From Takakia lepidozioides (lineage: Eukaryota; Plantae; Bryophyta): a DNA stretch of 64,000 bases. Shown here piece by piece: positions 17,501 to 30,800 of this stretch. The notes under the pieces were generated by a model. The model did no database searches, was not told where the DNA came from, and saw nothing but the letters and a program-made list of their open reading frames with translations. Location of the stretch: contig CM060733.1 in the NCBI GenBank assembly GCA_030704615.1, positions 8,804,001-8,868,000 on the forward strand, written 5' to 3'. Both the position numbers and the translations under genes were made by a program. Every line of letters starts with the position of its first letter. Within the stretch, counting starts at the first letter, position 1.

Positions 17501-20500
17501 AAGGAGCTGCTCCTCCTCAGTGAGAGAAACGTCTGAGCGATCAGCAAATGGTGCGTTGAACCACTCCTCAAAGTTTTGGCTGGAGTTGAAGATAGCTGGC
17601 AGTAGAAAATTGAGTAATGACCAAAGCTCCTGCAAGCTATTTTGAATGGGTGTCCCAGTCAAAAGAAGCCTTCGCCGGATATGGTACCTGTGGCATGCAC
17701 ACATCAGCATATCATATAAATAATGGTAGTCTATAAAAGAAGTTCTATATACTTAAAAGGCTGAGATCTCAGGTTATATGTCACAAACACTTACCCTGTA
17801 ACAAGTGTCCGTGAGAGCATGCAGTCATGGTTCTTGAGGCGATGGCCTTCATCAACGATCATATAATTCCATCGAATCTTTTTCAGAAAAGCCTTGTCCC
17901 GCATGATGAGGTCATAGTGGGTCACCAATACGTTAAACTTGCCTTCCATTCCATACTCCTCCCTCATCGCCTTGCGGTCTTCAACACGGCCATCATATAC
18001 AACTGCTATTATACTGCAACCTCCCTTGTCCAGGCAAGCCCAATGAGGGAGGGAAAAAGACAGGAATGTCAGGGGCAGAATCAGGAGACCAAATCATTTG
18101 GCTTCCAAAGGATGCCTGAAGAGCTTTCAGATGAAACTGTGAAACAAATATGGAAGGATGACCTGAAGGGCTTAAAGGTTCAAACCAAACAGGCCAACAT
18201 TGCTGTCAGCAAATGGAGTGCCTCATGAAGACACAGAAGAAATTCACTCTAAAAGGTATCCATTAGACTTGCTGGTCATTGCACCTGCATCCTGTTAGGA
18301 CAGAGGGCAACTGGGGGATAGAGGGGGTAGGGGATAGGAGAGCAGAGTAGGAGCCACCACAGTTGTGGATGAGATAGCTTCCTCTAGTACTGACGTGTAC
18401 CTGAATATTCTGGGTTGCCAGATTGGCCATAGAAAGCTCTTAATTCTAGCATAAGACTGATGCAACTAATCACCCCAAAATTTGGACCTGAGGAAGAGGT
18501 GCAGAGCCAGGGACACAACCCCAGGAGGGATACGTAGCTGAAAAAATGCCTCTTGTGTTCTATGCTTTCAAAGAGGGGCCTCATTAGGCAAATCCAGCAG
18601 AACGTGTTTAACCCTCACAACCATGCCCACAGGTCAGAATTCCCATTTACAGACAAAGTAATTTACTGTGCAAGGGTAGGCAGCCACATAAGGCCAAACA
18701 TGGGGAGCACTGTAGGCCACTCCTTGAATCTATGTCAAAAGCTGAAAAGAAGAATGAGAGGATGAGAGAAGAAAGAGGTGCTATGTTAAGACAAACCACA
18801 TCCAAGCAGACACATCACTTTTCTTCTAACATGACTTGAATACACTTCTGAGGTAGCGGGACAAGAACTCACGTCGGTGCCCATGTGGTGAGCTCATGTG
18901 CCCAATTTGGTAAGACTGCTTTTGGTGCAATGATGATATGGGGTCCCGCCATCCCCTTGTTCTCCATCAGATACGCCAATAGGGCAATTGTCTGAATAGT
19001 TTTTCCCAATCCCATTTCATCGGCCAAGATCCCATTTAAGTTGTTATTATAGAGAGATAGCATCCACTGTAGCCCTTCAAGTTGGTAAGGCCGCAGTTGT
19101 CCACCTTCCAGCATTGCTGGCTGCACAGTGACCTGCAAAAGAATAAAATCAACCAGAACACTGATCAGTTCTAGTTAGCATTAACCCTCTCTGGCCCTCC
19201 CTCAGAGGACAAGTTCCAGGGTTTGCCATGACTAGCCAGGCCTGGAGGTGTGTGTTGTTTGTCAACATGATTTTGGACCTCCCACAGTCATGTAAGAAAA
19301 GCTGTGGTCGACCACTTGGCTCACACTGAGCCTTGCATTCTGAAAGATCAACTTGTCCTATGTTGAACACCATCTCAACGGCTATTTCCAAAGGTTGGCA
19401 CAAGATGATGTAGCAGGCTTGTTTCTTTCCATAGGAGTAAAGAGTCTACCCCTTGAGCTTTCACTCCCTCAGAAAACATGGCGTGCTAATGAACACAACT
19501 CACATTATTCGAAAATCGCCCTTCAAAAATCAGGCAAACTGGTCTTGCAAATTGTTTCAAATTTGAACTGAAACCTTACAATTTCCTCAATAGCATGAAC
19601 AGCTGAATTGTACTGCCGTTGCCCCTCCAACAAATCCCTCTTCTTAAAACCACCTTCCACTTCCGCATCTCCTGTAAATTCTTCATCTCCCTGCCTCTCC
19701 TTGCCACGCTTACCTCTGATCTTGGGGGATCCCAGGTCAGAAGCTGCCTCTTTCCCTCCTTCCTTGCTCCGAGGACAAGACACAATAGGATCCAATGTGT
19801 CTTTAGCCACATCCTTTGGATGCCCCTTCTCACGTATTTTGTCCTTCTTGGTGAAAGTATCTATGGGTTCTGCATCTTTCTGTCTCTGGACCATAGCCCC
19901 CAAGCGCTGGAGAAGGTCATCAGTCTTAGACAGCAGAGTTGTCAACCGCTCATTCTTACTCTCTTCCACCATCCGCATATAGGCTTCCTGATCATCGGCT
20001 TTTAATGCCTGAAATCGCAGCCGCTCAGCACGTGTCGCACGTTGTCGCTGCTTTGCATGCCATGCCTACATCACCCAACCTGCTCAAATTAAGGGATGCA
20101 TAACATGTCACATCTATTTGTTGCCCAACAGGTGGCCAACATTTGTGGCTTTGGCAAATAGAACAAGAACATATGAAGAAAGTCTGAAGGAAAAAGTGGG
20201 GGTTTACAGAGTCACTAAGGCCTATTCAACCTGCATGCCGTCATTGCGCTGTTTGCGGCGCTTCGTAGCTGCCTGGGCTTGCAGCTGGTACTCTCGAACC
20301 AGATTTAATAACTCATTGAAGAACTTCCGCTTCCTGGTGGTCTCTCTCACTCTCTCCTCCTCCTCCAGCCGCCTCTGTCTCTGCCCCATCTCCATACCCA
20401 CCCACCACTTAGAAAACATGCCATTAAACAAAGTTCAAAACGGCACTCAACTCGGCCATGTACTGTCAGCATGAGGGTAACATAAAGGTGCTGAACATAC

Positions 20501-23500
20501 AAACCGACTTAATGTACATTTGCACACATGTATCTTCTGATTGCTGCAGTCATGCATGCATCAACACAGCACATAGTAAGAATTGTATTCTGACTTCACT
20601 GTTCATCCAGGTATCATATTGTTTCTGTGCCTCTACGCTATCGAAACTCCTCTACACACCTTCAACCTTCTTGTCCTCATTCACAGCATTCTCAATCTCA
20701 ATTCACGGATACTTCAGAGGAGACCATCCTTATCATTAACTTACACCAATCTTGCACAGCAACTCAATATAACAGCGCACAAACAATTCTTTCTGGAGAT
20801 CAGATGTTTCTCAGTGGCTCGGAACCTGTTTACAAGTGTCTTTTGCGCCCCCTCCCCCACCCTCTCCTCTTCACAGTTTTACCGCTTTGTTGGTCTCTCA
20901 AGAGGAAAATGGTTGCCGGTGGGTAGTAGGTATTAAATCCTTAGAGTGACACCCCAACAATAGCTGTGAAGTTCAGAAACAGGTTGCATGGATGGATTCT
21001 CAATATTTCAACGTCTTTCGTGGGCCTTCAAACTTTTATCACTAACTTTGACAACTAATTTATAGCCTGCATTTACCCCACCCAACTCTTCAGACTGATT
21101 TCCGCAATCTCCCAAATGCCAAAGGCGCAGTCCCTGGATAGTTGCAGATGCGGCTACCATGCTGTCACATCTGTTAACACCTACAATTTTTCATCTAAGG
21201 TTGGACCATTCCTTGGCATACAGTTTTCCCAAATGCCATAGCAGTGGTGTTTGGGGAAGGTAAAGAGTGCAAGCCTTGGTAGGCTGCTAATTATAAGCTT
21301 CATCCCTCACTAAGTTGAGCAAAAAGTTTCTCTTCCATTTGTAAACTATCTCTGAGACCATGCATCTGTCCAGGAAAGAAGACAAGCCTGCCATGCATCA
21401 CAAAGCATAGTTACAACTATTCGAATCGCAAAATACAGACAGAATAACCTGTTCATATTCATACCTCGGCTTCCCGTTTTCGGCGCAACCGTTCATCTGC
21501 TTCTGTAGCAGGCATACTTGGAGTGTCAGCATGTGGTGCCCCGGGTTGAGATCCCACACTCCGACGAATGCGCATTAGACCCCAGTCAAATAGCTGGGTG
21601 TTTGGCCCCACACATTTTTCCTGAAGGCGGAGCTCTGCCACAACATCATTGCGTACTTTCTGTTGTACATTTCTCAGCTGCCACAATCCATCAGTGTCCC
21701 TCTGTTAGGAAAAGCAGCCTGGAGAAGTGGCAGTTTTACAAGTCTGCGAGTGCATGAAACATCTGATTACACTAAAACCATGAAAGTATTATCATGGGAC
21801 ACAAAATGTCTAAGTCATTAGTCACTTCTCAAAGTTTCTCCTTGCACAACAGTATAGAAATTGATATGAGGGGAAAGCCAATACTTTTGGGTCTTATAGT
21901 TAAAAGCCTGCAATTTCTACTTGAAATTCTCAACACCCTTGGCAGAACATGATAAAGCAGTGAGAAGAATGTTCCCTACAAAACTGTAGCAGTTTCTCGA
22001 ATAGGGTGCTAAGCCAATAACCCATTAGAGAAGAAGTTTCCGAAGAGGAAATAGTAAGGGTCTTGTGAAAATTCCTAAAACTAACAAGGTTGAAGATGCC
22101 ATCCTTGGACCTTGACTGGCAGCTGTGAAGAACCTGAAGTCTTGCACATGCACATACAAACTCATGCAGTGCAATAAAATACAGAGAAAGAGTAGACAAA
22201 ATGGGCAAAGAGATAATTTTCTTACCTTAAGAGCATACAATTCAATCAGATTTTTCTGCCGCAAGTCCTCCTTCGCAGGGAAGTCTGGACCAATTCACAA
22301 GATCAGAGAGATGTCCTGGGTTTGGACAGAACAGTAGGATTTCGAATTTGAGGGTGGGGAGCCAATGTCCTCACTGATGACTACCACCGCACAATTCAGA
22401 ATCGCACAAGGAGGGGTACAGGCTGAACACTTCAAACTCAGAAAAACAGATGCATAAGACAATATCCTTAATTTCAAATAAGCAAAGTTCAGGTCATGGG
22501 TTGACATGTGCCAATTGATCGTGCATACTGCTTGAGGCAAGGAACCAACCTTCAAGAAAAGCGTAAGTGTATGAGCAACTTGTGCTGTGGTTGCTTAGCC
22601 TTTAGTTACAGATCCGAGAAAGTTTTCACTAGTGACTTCAAAACGGTAATCTTTCGTATAGATTATGTGTAGATACCATTCAGCTTTCCTGCAATTACAG
22701 GACCTACATACCAGACGCGCTAACATCATGGATGGGCGAGTTAAAAACAATGGAGAAGAAGCCAGAAAGACTATACTGTCTGCAGGGGTGAGGTTTCAAA
22801 CATGGACTATGTTTGAAAATCTTGCTGCGAAGAATACCTCGAAGTTCATGTGAGCGGTAAACAAGCCTGCTCTGGACACGCCGCTCCAGTTCCCCCTTCA
22901 ATCCTGCAGCCGACCTAAACTTCGACCGCTGGTTGGTTACCACCTCATCAAACTCTCTAAGCAGCCCCCCTGGTGCAGATGTAGACAGCCCCCTTGCCAC
23001 ATGCAATGTATCCAAAAGGATTGCCTGCACCAATATTGTTCTGTAAGGTCACGGAAGCGCACATGGAAGCAGACAGGAATCATCTACCCTGTAAATACTG
23101 GGAAACTATCACAGGTAAGGATAGGCAGTGGACAATCCAGCCTGACATGCAATGCTTATTCATCAGTGCCTTCCTTGTTGTTTTACTTACATCTCAACAT
23201 ACAGATATGAGGAAGATAACATCAAGTTCATCATGAGAAAACTGAATGTCGAACATCCACTGTCAGGACAATCCAGACTGTCGTACGTGTCTGACTAGCA
23301 TGATTATAGAACTTCAAATTTGTCATGTGGTAAATCTTTCCCCAAGCAGGAATGGAGATGCAAACACAGGCAAGGAAATTGATTTAAATTTGCAGCAGGT
23401 ACAGTCTTGACCAGATAGATAGCGATCTTACAACCTTACCCAGATACCCCCCCGATGTGGTAGGTAATCCACAGACACGCCTGGTAGTGACACTTAGCAG

Positions 23501-25840
23501 GTCAAGCGCCTCACAAAACGTAAATCAATCGGGGGAAAGACTGACTATCATTTGCTTGACCATAGAGTGATCCAAGTGCCACATGCATTTGGCATTGCAG
23601 CAGAGCTCCTAATTGGCGAATACAGCAGGCATGGTGACTATCATTGTTTTACCTTGAAACCCTTGTGACAAGAAGTTTGCTCTTGACACAGCCAGAAACA
23701 AAAACGTCACTCATGCCCTAACTCATTAAAAAAACCCAGGAAGAAATGAATGTAAAAATTTGGATACCTCATTGTATGCCTTGCCGAGAGTTGCATTGTT
23801 ACACACAAACCCTCCATTCGGAGCTTCACCCTCCATATCAGAAGATGCACCTTTTGGAAAGAAGAGAAACAGACTTGAATACCAGCTTGTTTAACTGGAT
23901 CATATTAAGACAAAACTAACCTTTGCCAACTAAAGTGTGGTTCTTTCCTTCCCGAGAAAAACAAAACTAATCTACAAATACTTTCTTGCCAGGGATATCT
24001 AGAGCTCCCTGAGCAGACCCCTGGGGGTATCAACAAGCGGTACCACTGAAACTCTTCAAACTAAACAGTGTTCTTAATACTCAAAACCACATGCACATTT
24101 CAATTTTAAAATATGCCTGGTTCATTTGTAGAGTTTTGGAGTGATGGTCTTTCTATTGAAACCATGTCTGTAATCAGTGCATGACTGGACATACTGTGCA
24201 TGAGATACTTACAATGGAGGCTACAGTGACGATCACCTAACAAAGCTTAACAGATGAATAAAGTGGTCATTTCTAACTGTAGTTGCTTTTATAGGTGCTA
24301 AATCCAACTGGCCTTGAAAGTGCACATGCTACTAGGCATGAGTAGTGTGTGGATAGAATTTGGGACATACCACAGGAGGAAAAATTTCGGGCTTCATTTC
24401 CTGGTCCTTGCATATGCAAAGCATCATTTCTGTCCACCTGTCCAACCACCAAAGTAAAGGTTCCAGTAAGCAAGGCGTCAATTTGTGCATGCTACCAGGT
24501 ATACCAATCACCACAGGACTGCAAACACCCATAAACTAATGCCGAGGTAAGGGTAATGGTTATTAAGCTCCAGACTCTTGGAAATTCCCAAAAGATGACA
24601 ACAATGCAAAGTATCAGCCATTGGAATACAGAGAGAAACTCTGTTCTTCCATCTTACTACTATGGTTCTAGTCCAAGTCCAATCCCACTCGTTTCGCCAG
24701 ATCCTGTGGTCAGGGAAGAGTGCTGCAGTTTTAACAGTAAGGTCTAGATAACCAGCGTGGAAAAGAAAAATGCTACTCCCCCACTGTTAAATCTACTCAG
24801 AAATTTCTCAATACTGTAGAGATGAGATTCACACCCAAAAGGCTTTCGAAATGTGCAAGAGAAAATTTCAGCACTATCAAACTTAACCTCCTGCAGTTGG
24901 GATAAAAAAGTTATGTGCACTTTACATCTCAAGGGCCAGATCTCTGGAACAAAGGGTAAATCATTCCACAGCTTGCTTTCCCTTGAATGTTAGTCATCCT
25001 CCTTGAAACTAATAATGAGTAATGAGATGCAAATTCAGGGTGCCAACCTTAAGTTTGTAGAAGGATGAATTCAAGGTGAGGTGGTGGTACCAATGTCAAG
25101 ACAAGATACTCAAAACCTTTTGAGGTGATCAGTTGAAAGCATTACTGTCAAACCTGCCAGTTTTGGAAGAGAGTAGATTTCGAGTTTGCAGTTTTCAATG
25201 ACAGGTTGGTAAAAGGGATTTGTTAACGAAGCTGTAAAGGGAACCATTGTTCCAAAATTGACTGAGCTGAAAGGTGCCAAATATCTACTCCAAATTTTCT
25301 TTCATGTACAAGTGGGACTCAAGCAGTACCCAAAAGGCCAGCCACTACGCTGCAGTAATAAGAAAGCAATGCTTACTAACACAGAACAGCATGTCCACCA
25401 GCTGGGAAAAAGTGATTCTTGTGCCTGTTTAGTGGGCATGATCGAGTGGACATCAATCATTACTGAAGGCAGTGCAGTGGGCGTTCTTCCAAGAGAGATG
25501 CCCTGTAGCATGCATAAAACTACTTTGGGGTACAAATTTTTGCCTCATGCTGAAGCTGTAATGACGGACATGTGAAGTTTATTGTATAATATCTCTGAGG
25601 GCCGCTGTTTGAGACTGGCAGACAAACTGTGTCACCAGTTTTCACCAGTTTTATGGTTCAATACTGCTGTGAGCATAAAACCCTTGGAGTGTGTGGGATA
25701 TACCTCGGTGAAATGTCATGTAATACTTTGAACTAGCCACCCGAAATGAGCTTGAATATAGTGCAATCTTCCATACAGACCGTTGTCAGCTGTGTGAAAG
25801 CTTTGCCGGTTGTGCACGTTATCTCCCCGAGGGCCTACAC

Positions 25841-25878
<38 letters not shown>

Positions 25879-26334
25879 CTTGCAAAGAAAAGTAGGATTA
25901 CCACAGATAAGCACCTGAGCCTTTTGATCGACAGGGTCTCCATTCTGCCCTACTGGCCCAGAGGATGACAAGAGTGAATCATGGGCAATAGATTGTACTC
26001 TCTCGAACAGTGGAGCAGACAGTGACACACTGCGCGAAATCGAAGCCAGGGCATCCAACAATGCCTTTATATCCTGCACCTGTTTTTCAGTGTATGCAAT
26101 CTGTCCTTCATTTATATCTCCTGGCCGAGTGTCCACATATTTACTGCCCACCTGTCCCAACTCTTTCTCTGGAAGGCTGCTGTCGCCACTATTTTGCACA
26201 GTGTCTGAAGCTCCTCCAAAATCGTTCTCTAATCCGTCCGTCCCGTCTCTGTCCGATTCCAGTCTCTCTCCATTACCGTCGGAAGAGCTTTCTAACCTCT
26301 TCCCTAAAGACTGGGCTTCACCCCCTCTCTCCAT
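14552..26334 (-). CDS. CHR12: SWI2/SNF2 chromatin-remodelling ATPase, CHR12/CHR23 (MINU) type, ~14 exons
   Basis: HSA-like region ([27 protein letters not shown]), [67 protein letters not shown], SnAC-like region; short C-terminus with no bromodomain. The small 5' exons (~24370-24437, ~23768-23850) and the start codon are less certain. Confidence 0.9.
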
Positions 26335-27044
26335 ATTATCAGAAATCTTGGCAAATTGCCCTAACCAAACACTCATAGATCACACGGATTTCCAGATTAC
26401 CCTCACCCCAAATCCTCGTCCATTCGAATCCCTTCCCCTGTCCCGCCTGCTCTGTGTACGTAGCACCTATGCAAATTTCGAGCCACAAAAGCAAGCTATT
26501 TGAAGCTTGGGAAGATATCACCGCGCTTTAAGATCATCCTTGGATAGCGCCAGAGCTTCTAACCATCTTCCTTCCCCTCGCAACAACGGAAGCAACAAGC
26601 TGACAGAGAGCGATGGCCTAAACAGCGGGGAGGCACCTTCAGGTCCGTGGTCCGCCCTCCATAGCTCCACGCCTTCCGTTCCTGCAACCCCTCTTTCTGC
26701 CGGAAGCTTCCCCCGGTCGCCGGATAAAAACAATACCAGAAAAAAGAAAAATACGTGCTGCCCATAACGAAACCCTCCTCCTCACGGAACTTAGCGCAAG
26801 GGCAACGAAAGCTAATTATTCGTTTTTTTTTCTTTGTTGGAATTTTTGTTCTTAAAATTTTAAGGAAACAGTCCACAATTCAGGCCCTTGAGGAGGGGGA
26901 AAAATTAACCCCCTTTCATTTATGGGCCATTTATGGAAATCAACTCCGACCAATTTTTTTTTTCCTACCAAATTATTTCTAATCAGGATTATTGTAATAT
27001 GTCAAAAATTATCTTGGCTAAGAGCTCATTTAACTTTAGCTTAA

Positions 27045-27294
27045 ACATTGAGCCAGACTTTGCACTACGATACGAAGGGAATTTCTTCTTCTAGAATTCT
27101 CCAGGTATAATATCTGTGAACAATGCCTTGTCTACCAATGTAGACGTTCCGTGATCTCTTCTTTGTTTTTCTTCATTGAGAAGAAGACGTATGACCACCT
27201 CAGTTGTTAAGTTGGTTTTGTCATGTTAAGGATACCACGAAACTGTCATAGGATTCAAATAAGGTTGCTAGCAGCACTATTGCTGCTAGTTCAT
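27045..27294 (-). mobile_element. Ty1/Copia gag remnant, C-terminal half (joins 53830-54240)
   Basis: ELAAIVLLATLFESYDSFVVSL...LTTEVVIRLLLNEEKQRR; joins in frame to TVISDE at 53830 across the duplicated gttcat. Confidence 0.75.
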
Positions 27295-27562
27295 GAGAGA
27301 GAGAGAGAAGACCCCGGCCGAAGTCGACGTAACTAAGAGCCACTTCGCCTTGCCTGCCCCCTTTCAGAGGTAGGCCCTATAAAAGGAAAGGTGTCCTATG
27401 GGACACCAAGTGACCGTAGAAAGTAGAGGAGTCTGTGGTACCCTTGGGGACCTAGGGTGCGTTTGAAGTGTTGGATTCCAATTGGCGTTTGTTGGTGATA
27501 ATAGCTGTGAGTGAACGGAGTGTCGTGAGGCAAATTGCTTTGAAGCATTTGTGGATGGGAAG
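27295..27562 (-). mobile_element. 3' end of an RLE-type LINE with a (TC)n tail
   Basis: C-terminal peptide KCFKAICLTTLRSLTAIITNKRQLES, 3' UTR, then a tctctc tail abutting the gttcat duplication (27289-27294 / 53830-53835). Confidence 0.65.
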
Positions 27563-27564
27563 AG

Positions 27565-27867
27565 GAAAACACGAATGCTGATGCACTTACACGGGTTGAT
27601 CCTCCTGTCAACAGGCCTATGCTGACCTGGTTACTGCTGATGCTGCCCCTCCTCCTGATCCTGCTCCACTTCTCAACCTTCTTTGTGCTGATCAGCAACC
27701 CTTGGCCCTAGATTCTCATGGCATATTGGCTGTTTGGGGCTGGTCTAGCCTATTAGATGAGCCTGGTTGATTTATTCATGTGTTAGTATGTGTGGTGGAT
27801 CTATCGCTTCGCGAGAATTCGGATGGTTTGGTAAAAGTTCCTTGTTGTGTTTCAGCCCTTCTCTTTC
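27565..27867 (+). mobile_element. Gypsy A RNase H end / linker segment, displaced and in opposite orientation to the rest of pol
   Basis: ENTNADALTR at 27565-27594 on the plus strand completes the minus-strand DIVYKKGL that breaks off at ~27868. Confidence 0.7.
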
Positions 27868-30800
27868 CTAGGCCCTTCTTGTAGACTATATCCATGTCAA
27901 ATTCCTGCAGGTACATAGCCCATCTAGCAAGTCTACCATGAAGTTCTATTGGCTTAACAAGAGGCTTTAGTGAAAGATGATCAGTCTCTACCACAAACCG
28001 GCTGCCATGTAAATATTGCCTGAGATGTTTCACACCAAAGACCAGGGCTAGACCCTCCTTATGAGATATGGAATAATTCCTTTCATGACGATCTAGATGA
28101 CGAGATGCATAAGCTATGACATGCTCCTTGTCTTCTACTACTTGGCATAAGATTGCAGAGATGGCAACATCAGATGCATCAGTCTGAAGCAAGAAAGGTA
28201 ACTCAAAGTTGGGAAACATCAGGATGGGAGCTGAACACAAAGCTTTGCGAAAGGTGTCAAAAGCAGCCTACTGGGAGAAGGTCCATTCAAAATTGGTATC
28301 TTTGCACAACACCTTGGTCAGAGGGTGAGCAAGCTTGGAAAAGTTCTTTATGAAGCGCCTATAATAAGAAGTCAGACCAAGGAAGGATTTGATACAATGT
28401 TTATCCCTGGGGATAGGAAAGCCCCAAACAGACTCAAGCTTGGCAAGATCAGGAAGCAAACCATCTTTGGACAGAATATGACCAAGGAAGTGCAGCTCAA
28501 GCATGAACAGCTCACATTTCTTGGGCTTTACTTTGAGACTTGCAATGCGCAATTTGCTAAAAACACGCTGCAGATCAGCCAAGTGAGCATCAAAACTGGC
28601 TGAATAAACATTGATATCATCGACATAAATCAAAGCACACTCCCAGCGAAGATTGCCCAAGACAATGTCCATGAGGCGTTGGAATATAGAGGTGGCATTG
28701 CACAAACCAAAATGCATGGTCTCATATTGGTATTTGCCCATGCGACACACAAATGAGGTCTTTTCCTTGGCAGCTTCAGTAAGAGGAACTTGCCAAAAGC
28801 CAGACGCAAGATCAAGAGAGGAAAAAATTGTAGCACCATGCAATTGCTCCAAGGTCTCATTGATCCTGGGTAGTGGGTATGCATCTTTTTTGGTGATGTC
28901 ATTCAGCTTTCTGAAGTCAATACAGAAACGGGTGGTGCCATCTTTTTTACCAACCGAGACAATTGGACTAGCCCAAGGAGAAACTGAAGGCTTAATCATG
29001 CCAGCATCAAGCATTTTCTGGACTTCTTCTTGGATTACGGCACGTTCCTTGACACTCTCTCGGTAAGCAAATTGTTTAATAGGAGCCCCTTCAGTGACAA
29101 TGTCATGTTGAAGAATAGGAGTGCGCCCTAAATCAGTGGATCCCAAACTGAAAACATCTAGATTCTTTGCAATAAACATTTCCACTTTTCTTCTCTGTCC
29201 CGAGGAGAGAGTTGTGCCCAACTTGATTTCAGATAAGACCTTGGTGAGGGCCGTCTTACCTTCTGGGCTGAGATCAAGGACAGGTGGTGGTGCAACTGCA
29301 GCAAAAACAGCAACCTCATCTAAGGGGCCATGTTGGATGCCAATGGCCTCAAGTCCAAAGCCAGTTTGCACCTCTTGTATTTCAGCAATGGGCAAAGCAG
29401 TGATGCGTGCCAGAACCTGCCCCTTTTTAATAGTCACATGGAAGCGCTCAGGATTAGTAATCAGGATCTTGACTTCTTGCCTATATCCTCTATCTAGAAC
29501 ATCAGTGGCCACCAGGCAATGCTTAAGGGCAGTCAATCTCCTCCATCCTTCAACTTCTAGGAAATGAGCAGCTGGACACAAGAAAGCCAGACCCTCCTTC
29601 TGGGTCAAGGCAGGGATGGTGATGTTGAGAGGTGCACGAATTAGAGTAGAATTCTTTGTAATAGCTATGGGCACCCCTGTCCTATCCCTAGCACCAAGAA
29701 CATGCCACTGATATAAGAGTCGAAGATCAGGCTGAAACTTGTAGAAATCATTCCAATTGAGGTTGGAGTGAGAGTTTTGTTGTACCTCCTTTACCAGGGC
29801 CTGGACTTTGAACAAATTGGCTGTAGCAGACCCAGCCTTGATCTTCATTGCTTTCAAGGGAACCACTACTTCATGTTCTTCTCCATTGTTAAAGCGAAGG
29901 GAGTAGTCTGCTGAGCTGATGGTGGCACCGGCTCCAGTCATCTAGTCAAGGCCTAGAAGGAATTGATCTCCAATGGTGACTATGCAGGTCACCACAACCT
30001 CCTTTTTATGAATTCTGATGGGAACAGTGACTAGTCCTAAGGGCTCATACCTGGATCCATCTGCAATAAGCACCTCAATACATGTGGCAGGGCATAGTTT
30101 AAGACCAAGAACTCTCACAACACTTAAAGGTATAGCAGATATAGTGCATCAAGTATCAACCACACAGGGAAAGTTGAGCTCGTGGATATGGCACTGGGTC
30201 ATGAGGGGATTGATCTGCTAACCAGCAGTTTGTCGACTGAGAGACAATGCAAAGCTTTAAAGTTAGGAGATAAAACAGCTTGAATCAGAATAGAAGAAGT
30301 AGGGTTGGTAGATGATGGACCTCTTGCCCCCTTCCCAAGAGATCTCTCTAATTTAAAGGAGGGGAAGAGCCATTAGCTGTCTTCTTGTTCTTGATTAGCT
30401 CTGGTAGCCCTGCTCTGTCTGGACAATGCTTCGTCCAGTGTTCAAAGGACCCACAAACGTAACAGGCAGCACGATTACCCTCATAGACTTGTCCAGTCTG
30501 GGTTCGACCTCTATTGTTATCACTCGTTGTTCATTTGGCCATGTCGAGGCTGCCACCTCTGTTGATGAGCCTGCATGGCAACAAACTGAGTGCCACAGAC
30601 TCACTAAGACTTCCCACAGTATTAACCAATCCCTGAAGAGTAAAATCATCAGCTTTGCATGTCATAGCAGGAGGAACATAGGGTGAGGATGTTGCAGACT
30701 TGCCAAGCTCTGAGCCCATGGGAGCTTGAAACTTGGAATGATGTTGCATTGATTTGCTGTCAGCCAAGTCTGTCATTTTAAGATTAATTTCTGCTAACAT

